DNA of 32,403 nucleotides from a virus (taxonomy: Duplodnaviria; Caudoviricetes), in IMG/VR virus record IMGVR_UViG_3300037483_001810, positions 1 to 32,403 of that record, one strand, 5' to 3'. Below are positions 1 through 9,800 of the stretch, piece by piece. How positions within the stretch are numbered: position 1 is the stretch's first letter; every line of letters starts with the position of its first letter. Position numbers and translations under genes: made by a program. The notes under the pieces are model-generated. The model worked only from the letters and a program-made list of their open reading frames with translations, searched no databases and was not told where the DNA came from.

Positions 1-762
1 GGAGGCTGGCCGGGCTAGGAGTTTGGTGCGGACCAGAGGGTTACCCCGACCGTCGAAGAAAGAGTCGGTGCGGTTGAGTCCATCAATCAACCGGTCTACC
101 CCTTCGATCTCCTCGATGATCACAGTCCGGTTCGTGTAGTCCCAGGCGTCGCGGCGGGTGGTCACCTGTTCGGCGGTCAAGGTGGCCAGGTTGGGGTCGG
201 CCCCCCACCAGCCTTTCCGTACTGCGATCACTTTCGGGGTGACAATGTTGTAGGCGCCGTCGAGGGTGGCTTTGTTGGCGTCCATCAGGAAGTCTGGGCG
301 GATCCGGAACTCGGCGTTGAGGGTTTGCATCAACGTCCGGATGCCGTCCAATGGCTGTTCGAGGTGGTGCCGGCCGGTGTAGGTGTTGAGCCCTGTGTTG
401 GAGACGGTGCCCGACCCGATCGCGTCGGGTAGTAGCGCAGTCAGCGCCGCGGACAGGGTGGAAGCGGTGAGGGTGACAGGTGACTCGATGGCCGGCCCGA
501 TGTCATCAGCGTCGCCCAGATGCCAGACCAGGCCGGCCCCGCTGATGCTGACTGGGTCTTCGTAGACTGGTTCGAGGATCACACCGGTATAGGTGGCGGC
601 GGCCAGCATGCCCGTGTCGCCGACACGGAGCGGGTCGAGTCGCTGTGGGACAACGACGATATGGCCGAACACTTCGATCTGTTCGAGAAGCCGATCGTAG
701 GGTGCGTCCGGTTTGAACGGCACCTTGAACGATCCTTGTTGCATGACCCATTCCGAGATCAT
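1..762 (-). CDS. Minor tail protein (partial, runs off the window)
   Basis: Not in the ORF track. ATG at 762 overlaps the stop of 759..2003 (ATGA). Begins MISEWVMQQGSFKVPFKPDAPYD and is in frame and open at the window edge (FFDGRGNPLVRTKLLARPAS). Second gene after the tape measure. Confidence 0.75.
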   Translation of the reverse strand, partial: MISEWVMQQGSFKVPFKPDAPYDRLLEQIEVFGHIVVVPQRLDPLRVGDTGMLAAATYTGVILEPVYEDPVSISGAGLVWHLGDADDIGPAIESPVTLTASTLSAALTALLPDAIGSGTVSNTGLNTYTGRHHLEQPLDGIRTLMQTLNAEFRIRPDFLMDANKATLDGAYNIVTPKVIAVRKGWWGADPNLATLTAEQVTTRRDAWDYTNRTVIIEEIEGVDRLIDGLNRTDSFFDGRGNPLVRTKLLARPAS

Positions 763-2003
763 CGGCGGACCGCCCGGACCTCTTCGTTGAGGTAGGCGAG
801 GTATTGGAGGGTGAGGTCTTCGGCTGTGTCGCCGGTGACCGCGGCGGAACCCCCGATTTCTGATCCGATGAAAAAGTCCATGCTGGTGGCGGCGGCTTTG
901 GTGATGCGGCCGTTGGTGAGGTCCTGGGTGTGGGCGCGGGCAGTGCCGAGCACATACCGGTTTCCGTCAGTGTCGTTTGAGGTGGCTCGGATGGCCGGTG
1001 GGGTTGTGGCACCGGTTGGGGTGACCGCGGTGGCAGCCTCTGTGGTTTCCCGTCTTATCTGAAGGTCGATGGTGGTGGACCCGGACCACTGGTAGAAGCC
1101 TTCGACGAACCGGGAGCCGCGTCGCACGTTCAGGTCAAGGTAATGCTGGTAGGCGGTGGGTGGGTTCTCGGCTGCGTCGCGGACTAGCCGGACACCTGAT
1201 ACTTCGGGGTCGTTGCGGATGATCGTGAAGTAATGCCAGGACGGGATGACGTTGACGTCGCGCCATATCGAATAGGTGAGGGCTGTGTCCCAGCCGGTAC
1301 CGTCGTAGTGGGCTACGTCGATGCGGCCGTTGGCGGCTGGGGTGACTTTGACGAGTCCGTTGGAGAGTTCCCAGACGGTTGGGGCGTTCGGACATTCCCT
1401 ACCGGCGCGCAGACTCCCAGACACCAGGATACGGGCAGCTCCCTTGTAGTAGTCGGCTGGGTTCACCGACCATGTCGGGTCGGAGGTGAAATCGATGCCG
1501 TCGAACCAGGTGATGGCACCGTCTTCAGTGGTGCGCTGACGGGCAGTAGGTGCCCCCACACCGGCGTTGTAGACCAACGCTCCAACCGGTGGGGCATGAA
1601 ACGGGGTCACCTCACTGACGACCAGGCCGTGGTCGTTGAGGGCGACCGTCCCCGAAAGAAGTGACTGAAACTCGACGGAACTGGCCCCACCAATCCGGGT
1701 CAGTACAGCCCGGAACCTGACCGAACCACCATCGTTCAGAGTTGCCAGGTCGGCGTCGATGTCATCGATCCAGTAGAACCCGTCACGGGTCGGATCATCC
1801 GACCAGAGGACCGTGACCGGGACCCGTGCCCGACCGTTCGCTTGGGCGAGTAGTTCAGTGCGGAGTAGTTGCGTGTTGGCAAGGGTGGTGGCGGCCAGGT
1901 CACCGGCGATGGTCACCCGGTCGGTGCGGCCGGCTTCGTCCCGCCAATCAAGAGGTGAATCAATCGCGACGTCGGAACCGACCCGACCTATCTGGAAGCT
2001 CAT
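759..2003 (-). CDS. Minor tail / distal-tail-region protein
   Basis: 414 aa, beta-rich, first gene after the tape measure, translationally coupled. Confidence 0.75.
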   Translation of the reverse strand: MSFQIGRVGSDVAIDSPLDWRDEAGRTDRVTIAGDLAATTLANTQLLRTELLAQANGRARVPVTVLWSDDPTRDGFYWIDDIDADLATLNDGGSVRFRAVLTRIGGASSVEFQSLLSGTVALNDHGLVVSEVTPFHAPPVGALVYNAGVGAPTARQRTTEDGAITWFDGIDFTSDPTWSVNPADYYKGAARILVSGSLRAGRECPNAPTVWELSNGLVKVTPAANGRIDVAHYDGTGWDTALTYSIWRDVNVIPSWHYFTIIRNDPEVSGVRLVRDAAENPPTAYQHYLDLNVRRGSRFVEGFYQWSGSTTIDLQIRRETTEAATAVTPTGATTPPAIRATSNDTDGNRYVLGTARAHTQDLTNGRITKAAATSMDFFIGSEIGGSAAVTGDTAEDLTLQYLAYLNEEVRAVRR

Positions 2004-3691
2004 CGTGCCGTCTCCCGCTGCAAGTTCCGCATGTCCTCATCGATACGCTGCGAGCGGAGGCGTTCACCGGCCACACCGAGAGCCTGATCGAAGGTGAGAT
2101 TTCCTAGCCCTTCGTCGAACCCGACAGCGGCTGCCCTGCCCAGGTCGACCCCGAGCTCACGGAACCGGTTCAAGATCGTGTCCTTGACGTTGTCGACCCC
2201 GTTCTGAATAGCCAACGCCCAGATCTCACCCTGCCGTTCGTTCTCTTCGATGCGGGCTTCCCAGTCGAATGCTCGATCCATGTCGGCCACAAGGTCTTCT
2301 ACGACTCCGGCCGCGGTGGGGCCTTGCTCGCGGAGTTCTTCTACCAGGTCATCGAGGCCGGCGTTGGCGAGGATGGCCAGGTTCGACCAGAACCGTGTTT
2401 GTTGTCCGAGTCGTTCTTCGAACTGTTTCTCGAGGGTGTCCAGTGACGTGTCGATTTCGGTCACAGCCGCATCGAAAAAGGTGGTGAACTCGGTGATCTC
2501 GTCGGTCAGGTCGTCACGGTATGAGTCGGCCAACTGCTGATTGGCGGCCCTCATTTTGAGTGCCTGGCTTCGAGCAGTCTCTAGGGTCTTGAGGGATTCT
2601 TCAATGGCTTTTTGGGAGGCTTCGGTTGCGGCGGTGACCTCTTCGATAGACGCAGCGTGAATGTCGAAGGGGATGTTCTCCCACGAGTCGTGTATCTCTT
2701 CGGCTGATGTGGCGTTTGCTCGTTGGGCTTCGTCGTTTTCCTGCCACATGTCGATGAGGTCCTGCAAGGTGGCAAACCCGAGAGTCGTCGGGTTCATGTG
2801 CATCGTCTTGTCGATGAACCCTTGCGTTGAGTCGGCGGCACCGTCAGCCCCGGCGCTCACCCCCTCTAGTTTGGTGAGGATGAACGCCAGGTTGGACACC
2901 AGGTCGCCGGCCTCAGTTTTGGCCAGATCGATGAGCGGTTTCAGGGTTTCGGCGAGGGACTGCTGGGCGTTGGCCGCCGAAGCCGCCATATCTTTGTTCG
3001 CGGCGACGGCGGTCCCGGCCCGGTCGGTGTAGGCGGAGAGAGCGTCAGCCGACTTTTCGGTAATCAGTTCCAGCGTTGCTTGTGCTTTGGCCTGGTCGAG
3101 TGCGGCGCCGGTTAGTTCGTCCTGGCCGTTGGCTGCCAGCCGTGATGTGACGGCAGCTTCAGAGATCGCAATGTTGAGTTCCTTCAGACCTTCACGTTCG
3201 CCCAGCATTCCTTTGATGATCCGGTCGGTGGCCGCCTCAACGCCGAGGGTGCCACCCTTCCAGTCATCCAAAGCGTTGGCGAGAAGTAGCGCCTCTTTGG
3301 TCAGGTCGCTGGCGTCGTCGCGGGCGAACCCCATCGGGACGAGCAGGTCACCAATGTTTGATGCCAGGTCTTGCAGGCCCACCTCGGACAGTCCGAATGC
3401 TTCGTTCTGCTCATCAACCCAGGTGCGCATCTCGGCCGTCATATCACCGAACACAGTCGACAGGCGACGTTCGGTGGCTTCCGCTTGGGTGGCCATCTGG
3501 TCCATACGGTTGACGACGTCCAACACGGCGGCACCAGCCACCGCTGCAAACCCGGTCTTGATGGCAGTCCCAGCTGACTTGAACCGCTGTTGCGTCGTCT
3601 GGGTCCTTGTGTCCATCTGGTCGAGCTTGTGTTTCATGTCCCGAATGTCGGCGAGGAACTCAACCTCGAGGGTCCGTTTGCGGCTACTCAT
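2000..3691 (-). CDS. Tail tape measure protein
   Basis: 563 aa, Ala/Glu-rich helical. Typical N-terminus (LEVEFLADIRDMKHKL) and TMP core (RIIKGMLGEREGLKELNIAISE). Located after the tail genes. Confidence 0.88.
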   Translation of the reverse strand: MSSRKRTLEVEFLADIRDMKHKLDQMDTRTQTTQQRFKSAGTAIKTGFAAVAGAAVLDVVNRMDQMATQAEATERRLSTVFGDMTAEMRTWVDEQNEAFGLSEVGLQDLASNIGDLLVPMGFARDDASDLTKEALLLANALDDWKGGTLGVEAATDRIIKGMLGEREGLKELNIAISEAAVTSRLAANGQDELTGAALDQAKAQATLELITEKSADALSAYTDRAGTAVAANKDMAASAANAQQSLAETLKPLIDLAKTEAGDLVSNLAFILTKLEGVSAGADGAADSTQGFIDKTMHMNPTTLGFATLQDLIDMWQENDEAQRANATSAEEIHDSWENIPFDIHAASIEEVTAATEASQKAIEESLKTLETARSQALKMRAANQQLADSYRDDLTDEITEFTTFFDAAVTEIDTSLDTLEKQFEERLGQQTRFWSNLAILANAGLDDLVEELREQGPTAAGVVEDLVADMDRAFDWEARIEENERQGEIWALAIQNGVDNVKDTILNRFRELGVDLGRAAAVGFDEGLGNLTFDQALGVAGERLRSQRIDEDMRNLQRETAR

Positions 3692-3869
3692 GGGCGGTCA
3701 GCTCGGCGTGTTCGGCGACGGTCAACTCCCAATAGGCTTGGGGGGTGATCTGCGGGTAGCGGGCCAGAACCGTCGGCATCGTCTGCGTCCAGAAGGTGTC
3801 ACCTTCCGCCACATGGAGGGCAGCCTTACGAAGCGGAAGATCTGCGAACATGGGGTTCAACTCATCCAT
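3684..3869 (-). CDS. Small protein upstream of the tape measure, possible tail-assembly chaperone (gpT-like)
   Basis: GGAGGTG RBS then ATG at 3869; 61 aa. The C-terminal ITPQAYWELTVAEH resembles chaperone C-terminal segments. Confidence 0.5.
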   Translation of the reverse strand: MDELNPMFADLPLRKAALHVAEGDTFWTQTMPTVLARYPQITPQAYWELTVAEHAELTAHE

Positions 3870-3874
3870 CAATT

Positions 3875-4321
3875 TCACCTCCGTTCCGGGTAGGCGGCCG
3901 CTAGCGCATCCATCATCCGGTCCCCGTAGGTGTCCATGATCTCGGGCACCTTGTCCCGGATTGTCGGATATACCGCATACCCGGTGCCAGCGTCGGGACC
4001 GTATCCTTGGGTCCACTGGTTTCCACGCCATGGCATGAACTGGCGGTAGGCGAGGGCACCGAACTCGGCACCGAAGATCCACGGGTAGCGGGCAGAGCGG
4101 ATGGCGATGGACGCAGACTTTTGTTTCGCTCGGCCGGAGATCCCTTTGGCAGCTTTGGCGTATTGGCGTGACACACCTCGGGCCCGATCTTGGGCGGCGT
4201 CAGCTACCTCTACCGAGATCTCTTTGTTGGCCTGTTGGATCACTTTCGGTAGGCGTGCGTCAACCCGCCGCAAATCCGAAACGAAATCGCGCAGGTCCGG
4301 GACTGCGATGACGACGTCCAT
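3875..4321 (-). CDS. HK97 gp10-like tail completion protein
   Basis: 148 aa with an N-terminal helix (DLRDFVSDLRRVD) and a YPWIFGAEFG ... YAVYPTIRD pattern typical of this family. Confidence 0.65.
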   Translation of the reverse strand: MDVVIAVPDLRDFVSDLRRVDARLPKVIQQANKEISVEVADAAQDRARGVSRQYAKAAKGISGRAKQKSASIAIRSARYPWIFGAEFGALAYRQFMPWRGNQWTQGYGPDAGTGYAVYPTIRDKVPEIMDTYGDRMMDALAAAYPERR

Positions 4322-4324
4322 GGG

Positions 4325-5308
4325 TTATGGGGTGATGTCTTCGTTTTGGAGTTCGATCGTGACGGCGTCCCCGGCGGCTGGGTCGAGTCCAACCCAGGGG
4401 ACGGCCACGGTGACCGCGTCGGTACCGGCGATCTGTGGTGTGTCACCGGTGAAATGGACGCCGTCCATGGTGAACCGCAGGAGGGCGGTTTCGTCATCGG
4501 AGATGACGTCACCGACGAACTCGACGATCAGAGTGATCTCCGTGTCGGCCACCCACACGTCGTACAGGTCGGCCGGGTCGAAGAAGTCGGCTGTGAACGT
4601 GCCGCCCAGTTCATCGACGGGCCGGTTCTTCGGTTGGGTTTTCAGCCCGTTGTTACCCAGGTAGTAGCGGCCGACGTCGAGGTTGTTGCGGATCCGCAAC
4701 GAGTCAACCGACCGGACCGCTCCCAGTGTGGCTGCACCCACTTTGACGGTGCCCTGGGCGAACGTGAACAGGGTCGGTGGCGACAGTGACGGTGTGGCCA
4801 GGGCTGTGCTAGTTTCTTCCTGTTGGGCGTCGAACTCCCAAGCCCCCATGAGTAGTCCGTGCTGACCGATCGAGAAGTCGGCTGAGACAATCTTGGAACC
4901 GGGATAGGTGAACGGTTCGACCGTCCCTGACCCATCCTCACGTTCCACACCTTTCTGCACGGTCAGTGACTTGCCCCACAGGGTGCCCGGTGTGAACGTG
5001 TGCAGATAGACGGTGGGGGAGTTGGGAATGTCCGGTTGGGAAGTCACCACATCACCCAGCAGATGTTCGAACAGCAAACCGATACCGGAGACGGGGACCT
5101 CGGTGGTTACCGTCCCACCCGCATCCTGAGAGACCAGCCGGCGGCCTTGCCCCCCGTAGCGGCGTCCCGGTGCAATACCAGCTGACTGTTGGAAGTTGGG
5201 TCGCCGTTTCATCGTTTCGGCTGTGAACTCGTGGAACCGGGTCGGTGTGACCGCAGTCCCATAGACGGTTTCGGCTGCAAGCCCGAACTGATGATTGATG
5301 TCACCCAT
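4325..5308 (-). CDS. Major tail tube protein
   Basis: GLAAETVYGTAVTPTRF N-terminus, SLTVQKG and FTYPGSKIVSADFSI motifs. AAGGAG RBS favours the ATG at 5308. Confidence 0.85.
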   Translation of the reverse strand: MGDINHQFGLAAETVYGTAVTPTRFHEFTAETMKRRPNFQQSAGIAPGRRYGGQGRRLVSQDAGGTVTTEVPVSGIGLLFEHLLGDVVTSQPDIPNSPTVYLHTFTPGTLWGKSLTVQKGVEREDGSGTVEPFTYPGSKIVSADFSIGQHGLLMGAWEFDAQQEETSTALATPSLSPPTLFTFAQGTVKVGAATLGAVRSVDSLRIRNNLDVGRYYLGNNGLKTQPKNRPVDELGGTFTADFFDPADLYDVWVADTEITLIVEFVGDVISDDETALLRFTMDGVHFTGDTPQIAGTDAVTVAVPWVGLDPAAGDAVTIELQNEDITP

Positions 5309-5310
5309 GG

Positions 5311-5490
5311 TCAACTCTCCTTGTTTTGGGTGTTGGCGGGTTCGACCTTGGCGGCCTTCACCCAGCAGGTCTGCTCGAGCAAACGATCTGCGATCTTGCG
5401 GGTCACGTCGACTGGTATCCCACGAACCACGGTTTGACGGGTGGCGACGATTCGTACCGACGGTTGGGGACCCTGAAAAACGATTCGCAT
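5311..5490 (-). CDS. Small hypothetical virion-module protein (59 aa)
   Basis: Below the ORF-track cutoff: MRIVFQGPQPSVRIVATRQTVVRGIPVDVTRKIADRLLEQTCWVKAAKVEPANTQNKES. Has an AGGAG RBS and fills the gap exactly. Confidence 0.7.
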   Translation of the reverse strand: MRIVFQGPQPSVRIVATRQTVVRGIPVDVTRKIADRLLEQTCWVKAAKVEPANTQNKES

Positions 5491-5500
5491 GTGGCTGCTC

Positions 5501-5971
5501 CTAGCTGTGACGGGATTCGACTGACAGCTGATAGTCGAGGACGGTGATCCACCCGCCCTTGTCGGCAGGACTGGTTTGCCAGGTCCGGTCGGAGACGATC
5601 ACCCGGAAGGTTTGATCGCCCAACGCCGGCGGATTGGACCGGATCACCCCAACCAGTTCGTCGAGGAGGGTTTCGCAGCGGGTCAGTCCTGCTGCAACGG
5701 CCGCGTCCGGGTCTGTGTCGGTGACGTCGTCGGCGGTGTAGTAGGTGAGGATCCGACCGGGGATCAGGTAGGTCGAGTCGTACCGTTGGTTTCCGATCAC
5801 AACCCACTCAGACTGTTGTTGGATTCCGGACTCGGCTGGACGCCACAAGATCACTTTGTCGACACCGGTTGAGTCGTCCTGCACCAGTCGGGCCACCGCC
5901 GGTGTGCCGAGCGCCTGCAACGCGGTGTGGAGACTGTCACGGATGGTGGTCAGCCAGGTTGCCAGGTTCAT
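5501..5971 (-). CDS. Putative tail terminator / head-tail joining protein
   Basis: 156 aa with the alpha/beta pattern of lambda gpU-like proteins (RCETLLDELVGVIRSNPPALG), just upstream of the tail tube. Confidence 0.6.
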   Translation of the reverse strand: MNLATWLTTIRDSLHTALQALGTPAVARLVQDDSTGVDKVILWRPAESGIQQQSEWVVIGNQRYDSTYLIPGRILTYYTADDVTDTDPDAAVAAGLTRCETLLDELVGVIRSNPPALGDQTFRVIVSDRTWQTSPADKGGWITVLDYQLSVESRHS

Positions 5972-6846
5972 GCGACCGGAACCTGAATCCGATAGCGGTT
6001 CAACGTTTCGTCCACGATCGGGATACCGGTCGGCCGGTTCGGGCCCGGTGTAGAAAGACGGACCGAACCGAGGTTGCCGTCGTCATAGGAGATCATCCGG
6101 TCGGTGATGTCCCGTTGCACCAGGTCATAGCGGGCCAAGATGAGAGCGGCATGCCTGATATCTCGAGGGGGTGATAGCCCGTATTCGTAGTCGAGGGTCT
6201 GCGGAAACCGGGTACTCGTCGACGGGGTCCTCCATGTTCCGTCTTGGCGGCTGACCCCCAGATCGTCAACGACCAGATCAGTGACCGTTGACCCGTCGTC
6301 GTCGGCGTTGATGATCGACCGCAGGTTGCGTGGCCAACCAGGCCCACCCACCCGTCGGGTACCGAGGGTGAGGGGAAGCCGGTACGGGTCGCGGTGGGAA
6401 GGCCCGGCAAACACGACACGGGCGTAGCGGGGAATGAACGACTGGCCGCAGTAGTCCTCGAACAGGTCGGTGATGCGGTCGCGGGCTGCGACCAGATCGG
6501 AGTCGGATGTTGAAGCGAGTTTCTGATCATCGAACCCGCGTGCCTGGGTCTCAGTGAACAACAGGGCTCCGACGAGCTCCTCGGTGGTGGTAAGCGTTTC
6601 GGAGGTGTCGGTTCGTGTCCACTCAAGGGTGAGCACATCAACCCGACTGTTCTCCGCGACCGGTAACGCCCACTTGTAGATGGTCGTCGCCCCACTTCCT
6701 TCCTTCGTGGTGCCAGCATCAGCAGCGAGGACAGAGCCGTCAGCTCGGGTGACGGTGACCGTGACGGTTCCGGCGTCGGCCTGATTACCGTCAGGGGCGA
6801 ACGCCACCGCAAAGACGGGGGCAGTGTTGATAAGCCACATGCTCAT
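5968..6846 (-). CDS. Head-tail adaptor with an extra N-terminal beta-sandwich domain
   Basis: C-terminal ~200 aa are adaptor-like (AARDRITDLFEDYCGQSF, YEYGLSPPRDIRHAALILA, IPIVDETLNRYR). N-terminal ~90 aa are all-beta (TVTVTVTRADGS). Confidence 0.75.
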   Translation of the reverse strand: MSMWLINTAPVFAVAFAPDGNQADAGTVTVTVTRADGSVLAADAGTTKEGSGATTIYKWALPVAENSRVDVLTLEWTRTDTSETLTTTEELVGALLFTETQARGFDDQKLASTSDSDLVAARDRITDLFEDYCGQSFIPRYARVVFAGPSHRDPYRLPLTLGTRRVGGPGWPRNLRSIINADDDGSTVTDLVVDDLGVSRQDGTWRTPSTSTRFPQTLDYEYGLSPPRDIRHAALILARYDLVQRDITDRMISYDDGNLGSVRLSTPGPNRPTGIPIVDETLNRYRIQVPVA

Positions 6847-9800
6847 GCGGGGCCTCCTTCGAGCCGTCCGACCACGACAATGACCGGTTCGAGCCGTCCA
6901 CCCGAAGCGGCAGCCGGTTCGAGACTGTTTCCGTCGGCGGCGGCGGACTCGAGCCGGCGGGTGAGCGCACCCAGAACCGACCCGACCGCCTGCGCTACTT
7001 CGAGCTCGGTGGCGGCGCCGATCAGGATCACGATCGGTTTGATCACGGTGACTGGCCGCGCCACCTCAGTTTCAGAGGTTGGACCCACGAGAGCTGCCCG
7101 GGTTGGGACTACCGTGATCGGTGTTTCAGTTTCGAGGACGGTGCTGATGGCGGTCACGATGGGTTTGGTGGCCGCTAGTGCTTCGGCCAGTTCGGTCTCG
7201 GTGACCGTCCCGACCGGGACACTGATCGCTTTTATCGCGGCTACCGGCAGGGCCTGTTCAATCTCAGACGCCACACCAACCGGGACCGCGCCGGTCTGAA
7301 CGACAACGACGGTCTGAGCTGTTTCCGTCTCGGACGTCTGCCCGACCGGGATAGTGATCGGTTTGACCGGGGCTACCGGTTGCGTCAGTTCACTTTCGGA
7401 GGTTTGACCGACGGTTGCGATGATCGGTTTCCGGGCGGCAACAGTCTGCGCCACCTCACCGTCGGTTGCCGTGCTGATGGCCATGATGATCGGTTTCACC
7501 GCCACCACTGGTCGGGTGGTCTCGAGCTCCGAGACTTGGCCGACCGGCTGGCTGATCGGCTTCACCGGAACCACCGGGCGGGCCAGGCCGGCTTCAGTGG
7601 CCACACCTACCGGTATGAGCATCGATTTGAGAGCAGCAACAGTCTGCGCCACCTCGGATTCGGCAGCTGTGGCGATGGCCATGATGATCGGTTTGACCGC
7701 CACCACCGGCCGGGCGACTTCGATTTCCACCGTCTGACCGACCGGCTGGCTGATCGGTTTGAGCGGGACAACCGGCTGCACAGTTTCGGTTTCGGCGGTG
7801 GGACCGACGGCCACCATCAGAGACTTCACCGCCGCGACGAGTTGAGCCACCCCAGTTTCACTGACCGTTCCAACTACGACACTCAACGGTTTGAGAGCCA
7901 CCACCGGTTGCGGAACCTCGATCTCCGTCGTGACACCGACCGCAGCGATCTTCAATGCTGCCACCGGCTGGGTAATCTCTGATTCAGTTGGGCCCACCAC
8001 GGCTTGGACAATCGGCTTGAGTGCGATGATTGCCTGAGCGACTTCTGACTCTGTAACGAACCCAACTAGTTGGGTGATGGGCTTGAACGCGGTAACAACT
8101 TGCGCAAGCTCTGTCTCAGAGGTTTGCCCGACCACTACCAGCTGGGACTTCACCGCTGCGACTACTTGAGCCGGTTCAGTCTCACTGACGGTTCCAACCG
8201 CGACACTGACCGGTTTCACCGCAGCCGCCGGCTGAGAGGTCTCCGTTTCGGAGGTTTGACCGACCGGTTCGACTATCGGCTTCACCGCGATCACCGGCTG
8301 CGACAATTCGGACTCGATGGCGTCACCAACTGGGACAACAACCGACTTCACAGGAGTCACAGGTTGAGAGGTCTCAATTTCTGCTGTCTGGCCGACTCCC
8401 CTACTGACGGGTTTGACCGCGACAACCGGCTGTATCGTCTCGGTTTCAGAGGTGGGGCCGACCGGTTCAATGATCGGTTTCAGTGGAGTTGTCGGCTGGG
8501 CAGTCTCGGTTTCTGACGCTTGGCCAACCGGTGATGATTTGGCCGCCGGCGACGGTCGGGCGATTTCGGTTTCAGTGACCTGGGAGACAGATTGGAGGAT
8601 GGGTTTGACTGCGGATACAGCCTGCGCGGACTCGATCTCGGATGCCGTGCCAACTGCAATCGTCTGGCCGCTGCTACCTCCTACCAGTACGTATTCGTCG
8701 TAGTACCAGACGTTGCCGGTTTCATAAATGAACCCGAGAACCTTGTCTCCACCGTTCCCGGCTGAGTGGGTGAAAATGTTGGCGTCAGCAGATTGGGTTG
8801 TAATGGCATCGACTAGTTCGATGTCGGTGCCCCACCCGCCGTTGTCGTCGTTCGAGTCGAACCACAAGTCGTTGGTGACGTTGATGTCAGTCCAGACGAA
8901 GTAGGCGGTGGTGCCGTCAACGATCAGCGAATACTGGTCTTGGAGGAGGCCTCCGACTGAGTTGGTTGAAATGGTGACCGGACTTGATGGTGTTCCGTCG
9001 TCGTCAATGTATCGGGAACGCCATCCGGTCGCGTCGTCGAAAGACCAGGTGATTCGTTCGACCCCAGCCGAGTCGTAGTAGATGAGGTCTTTGAACGCTC
9101 CGCCCGGTTGGGTGCCAAGGTTCTGTTCGGTTGACCGCCACGCTCCTGCAGTGCTGTAGTGGGTGAGGTAAGCGGTTCCGGTGACTGTTCCAGCCAGGAT
9201 TAGGAAGTGGGTGAGGTCGGCTTCACCAACCACCATGCGAGCCAAACCCCAAGCAATCTGCGTGCCGGCTTGGATGCCCGCGTCACCGCCGATCAGTTCC
9301 TGAGTTCCGAACCCTGCCCCGGTGTCGACTGCTATCGACAGGCGGGCGTAGTTGGTGCCCATGACCTTTTCAGAGGCGGATCGGAAGTGGGCGATCAGGT
9401 CGCTGTCTGACCGGACTGCTATCCCGGCGACCCGATAGTTGATCGAAGAGACGGCGACCTGCGCGCCAGAAACGACAGCTTCACCACCCCAGGTGTCGTT
9501 GACCGTGTCGTAAATGTTGAGCATCATGCCGCCGTTGGCGATGTCGGCCATGACGAGAATGTTGTCGCCGTCCTGGCAGGCGACACGGTCTAATCTGCTT
9601 CCGGTGGTGCTGGTAGTCCAGACCGTTCCAGCCGTCCAGTTGTTTCCGCCGTCTATCGATCTTTGGGGTCTGATCGTCCCGTCTGTCAGCCCGTAAGTCA
9701 TGATTGTCAGGTCGCCGTCCGAGTTGACATACGGTTGCGACGCATGGTTGTGGACTTCCGGGTATCCGTTTGTGATCGGGATGGTTGAGGGGAGTGCCAT
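6843..9800 (-). CDS. Large repeat-rich protein, putative virion fibre/adhesin (Asp-box propeller-like N-domain plus ~26 repeats of 20-22 aa)
   Basis: 985 aa from the ATG at 9800 (TAATG coupling). Asp-box SIDGGNNW; repeats such as VGQTSETETAQPVVAVKPIxxP. Confidence 0.7.
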   Translation of the reverse strand: MALPSTIPITNGYPEVHNHASQPYVNSDGDLTIMTYGLTDGTIRPQRSIDGGNNWTAGTVWTTSTTGSRLDRVACQDGDNILVMADIANGGMMLNIYDTVNDTWGGEAVVSGAQVAVSSINYRVAGIAVRSDSDLIAHFRSASEKVMGTNYARLSIAVDTGAGFGTQELIGGDAGIQAGTQIAWGLARMVVGEADLTHFLILAGTVTGTAYLTHYSTAGAWRSTEQNLGTQPGGAFKDLIYYDSAGVERITWSFDDATGWRSRYIDDDGTPSSPVTISTNSVGGLLQDQYSLIVDGTTAYFVWTDINVTNDLWFDSNDDNGGWGTDIELVDAITTQSADANIFTHSAGNGGDKVLGFIYETGNVWYYDEYVLVGGSSGQTIAVGTASEIESAQAVSAVKPILQSVSQVTETEIARPSPAAKSSPVGQASETETAQPTTPLKPIIEPVGPTSETETIQPVVAVKPVSRGVGQTAEIETSQPVTPVKSVVVPVGDAIESELSQPVIAVKPIVEPVGQTSETETSQPAAAVKPVSVAVGTVSETEPAQVVAAVKSQLVVVGQTSETELAQVVTAFKPITQLVGFVTESEVAQAIIALKPIVQAVVGPTESEITQPVAALKIAAVGVTTEIEVPQPVVALKPLSVVVGTVSETGVAQLVAAVKSLMVAVGPTAETETVQPVVPLKPISQPVGQTVEIEVARPVVAVKPIIMAIATAAESEVAQTVAALKSMLIPVGVATEAGLARPVVPVKPISQPVGQVSELETTRPVVAVKPIIMAISTATDGEVAQTVAARKPIIATVGQTSESELTQPVAPVKPITIPVGQTSETETAQTVVVVQTGAVPVGVASEIEQALPVAAIKAISVPVGTVTETELAEALAATKPIVTAISTVLETETPITVVPTRAALVGPTSETEVARPVTVIKPIVILIGAATELEVAQAVGSVLGALTRRLESAAADGNSLEPAAASGGRLEPVIVVVGRLEGGPA
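6980..8654 (-). repeat. Intragenic tandem repeat, ~66-bp (22-aa) unit, about 26 copies
   Basis: Units counted in the translation; three are 20 aa. A higher-order 198-bp duplication is visible (GCAACAGTCTGCGCCACCTC at 7438 and 7636). Confidence 0.9.

Noticed and set aside
3684-4082. Programmed -1 frameshift from the 148-aa gene into the 61-aa ORF
   Set aside because: The frames would allow it, but no canonical slippery heptamer was seen (the best is T GGA AAC), and the small ORF has its own RBS.
6843-9800. Diversity-generating retroelement or invertible fibre cassette
   Set aside because: No reverse transcriptase, no template/variable repeat pair differing at adenines, and no flanking inverted recombination sites were seen.
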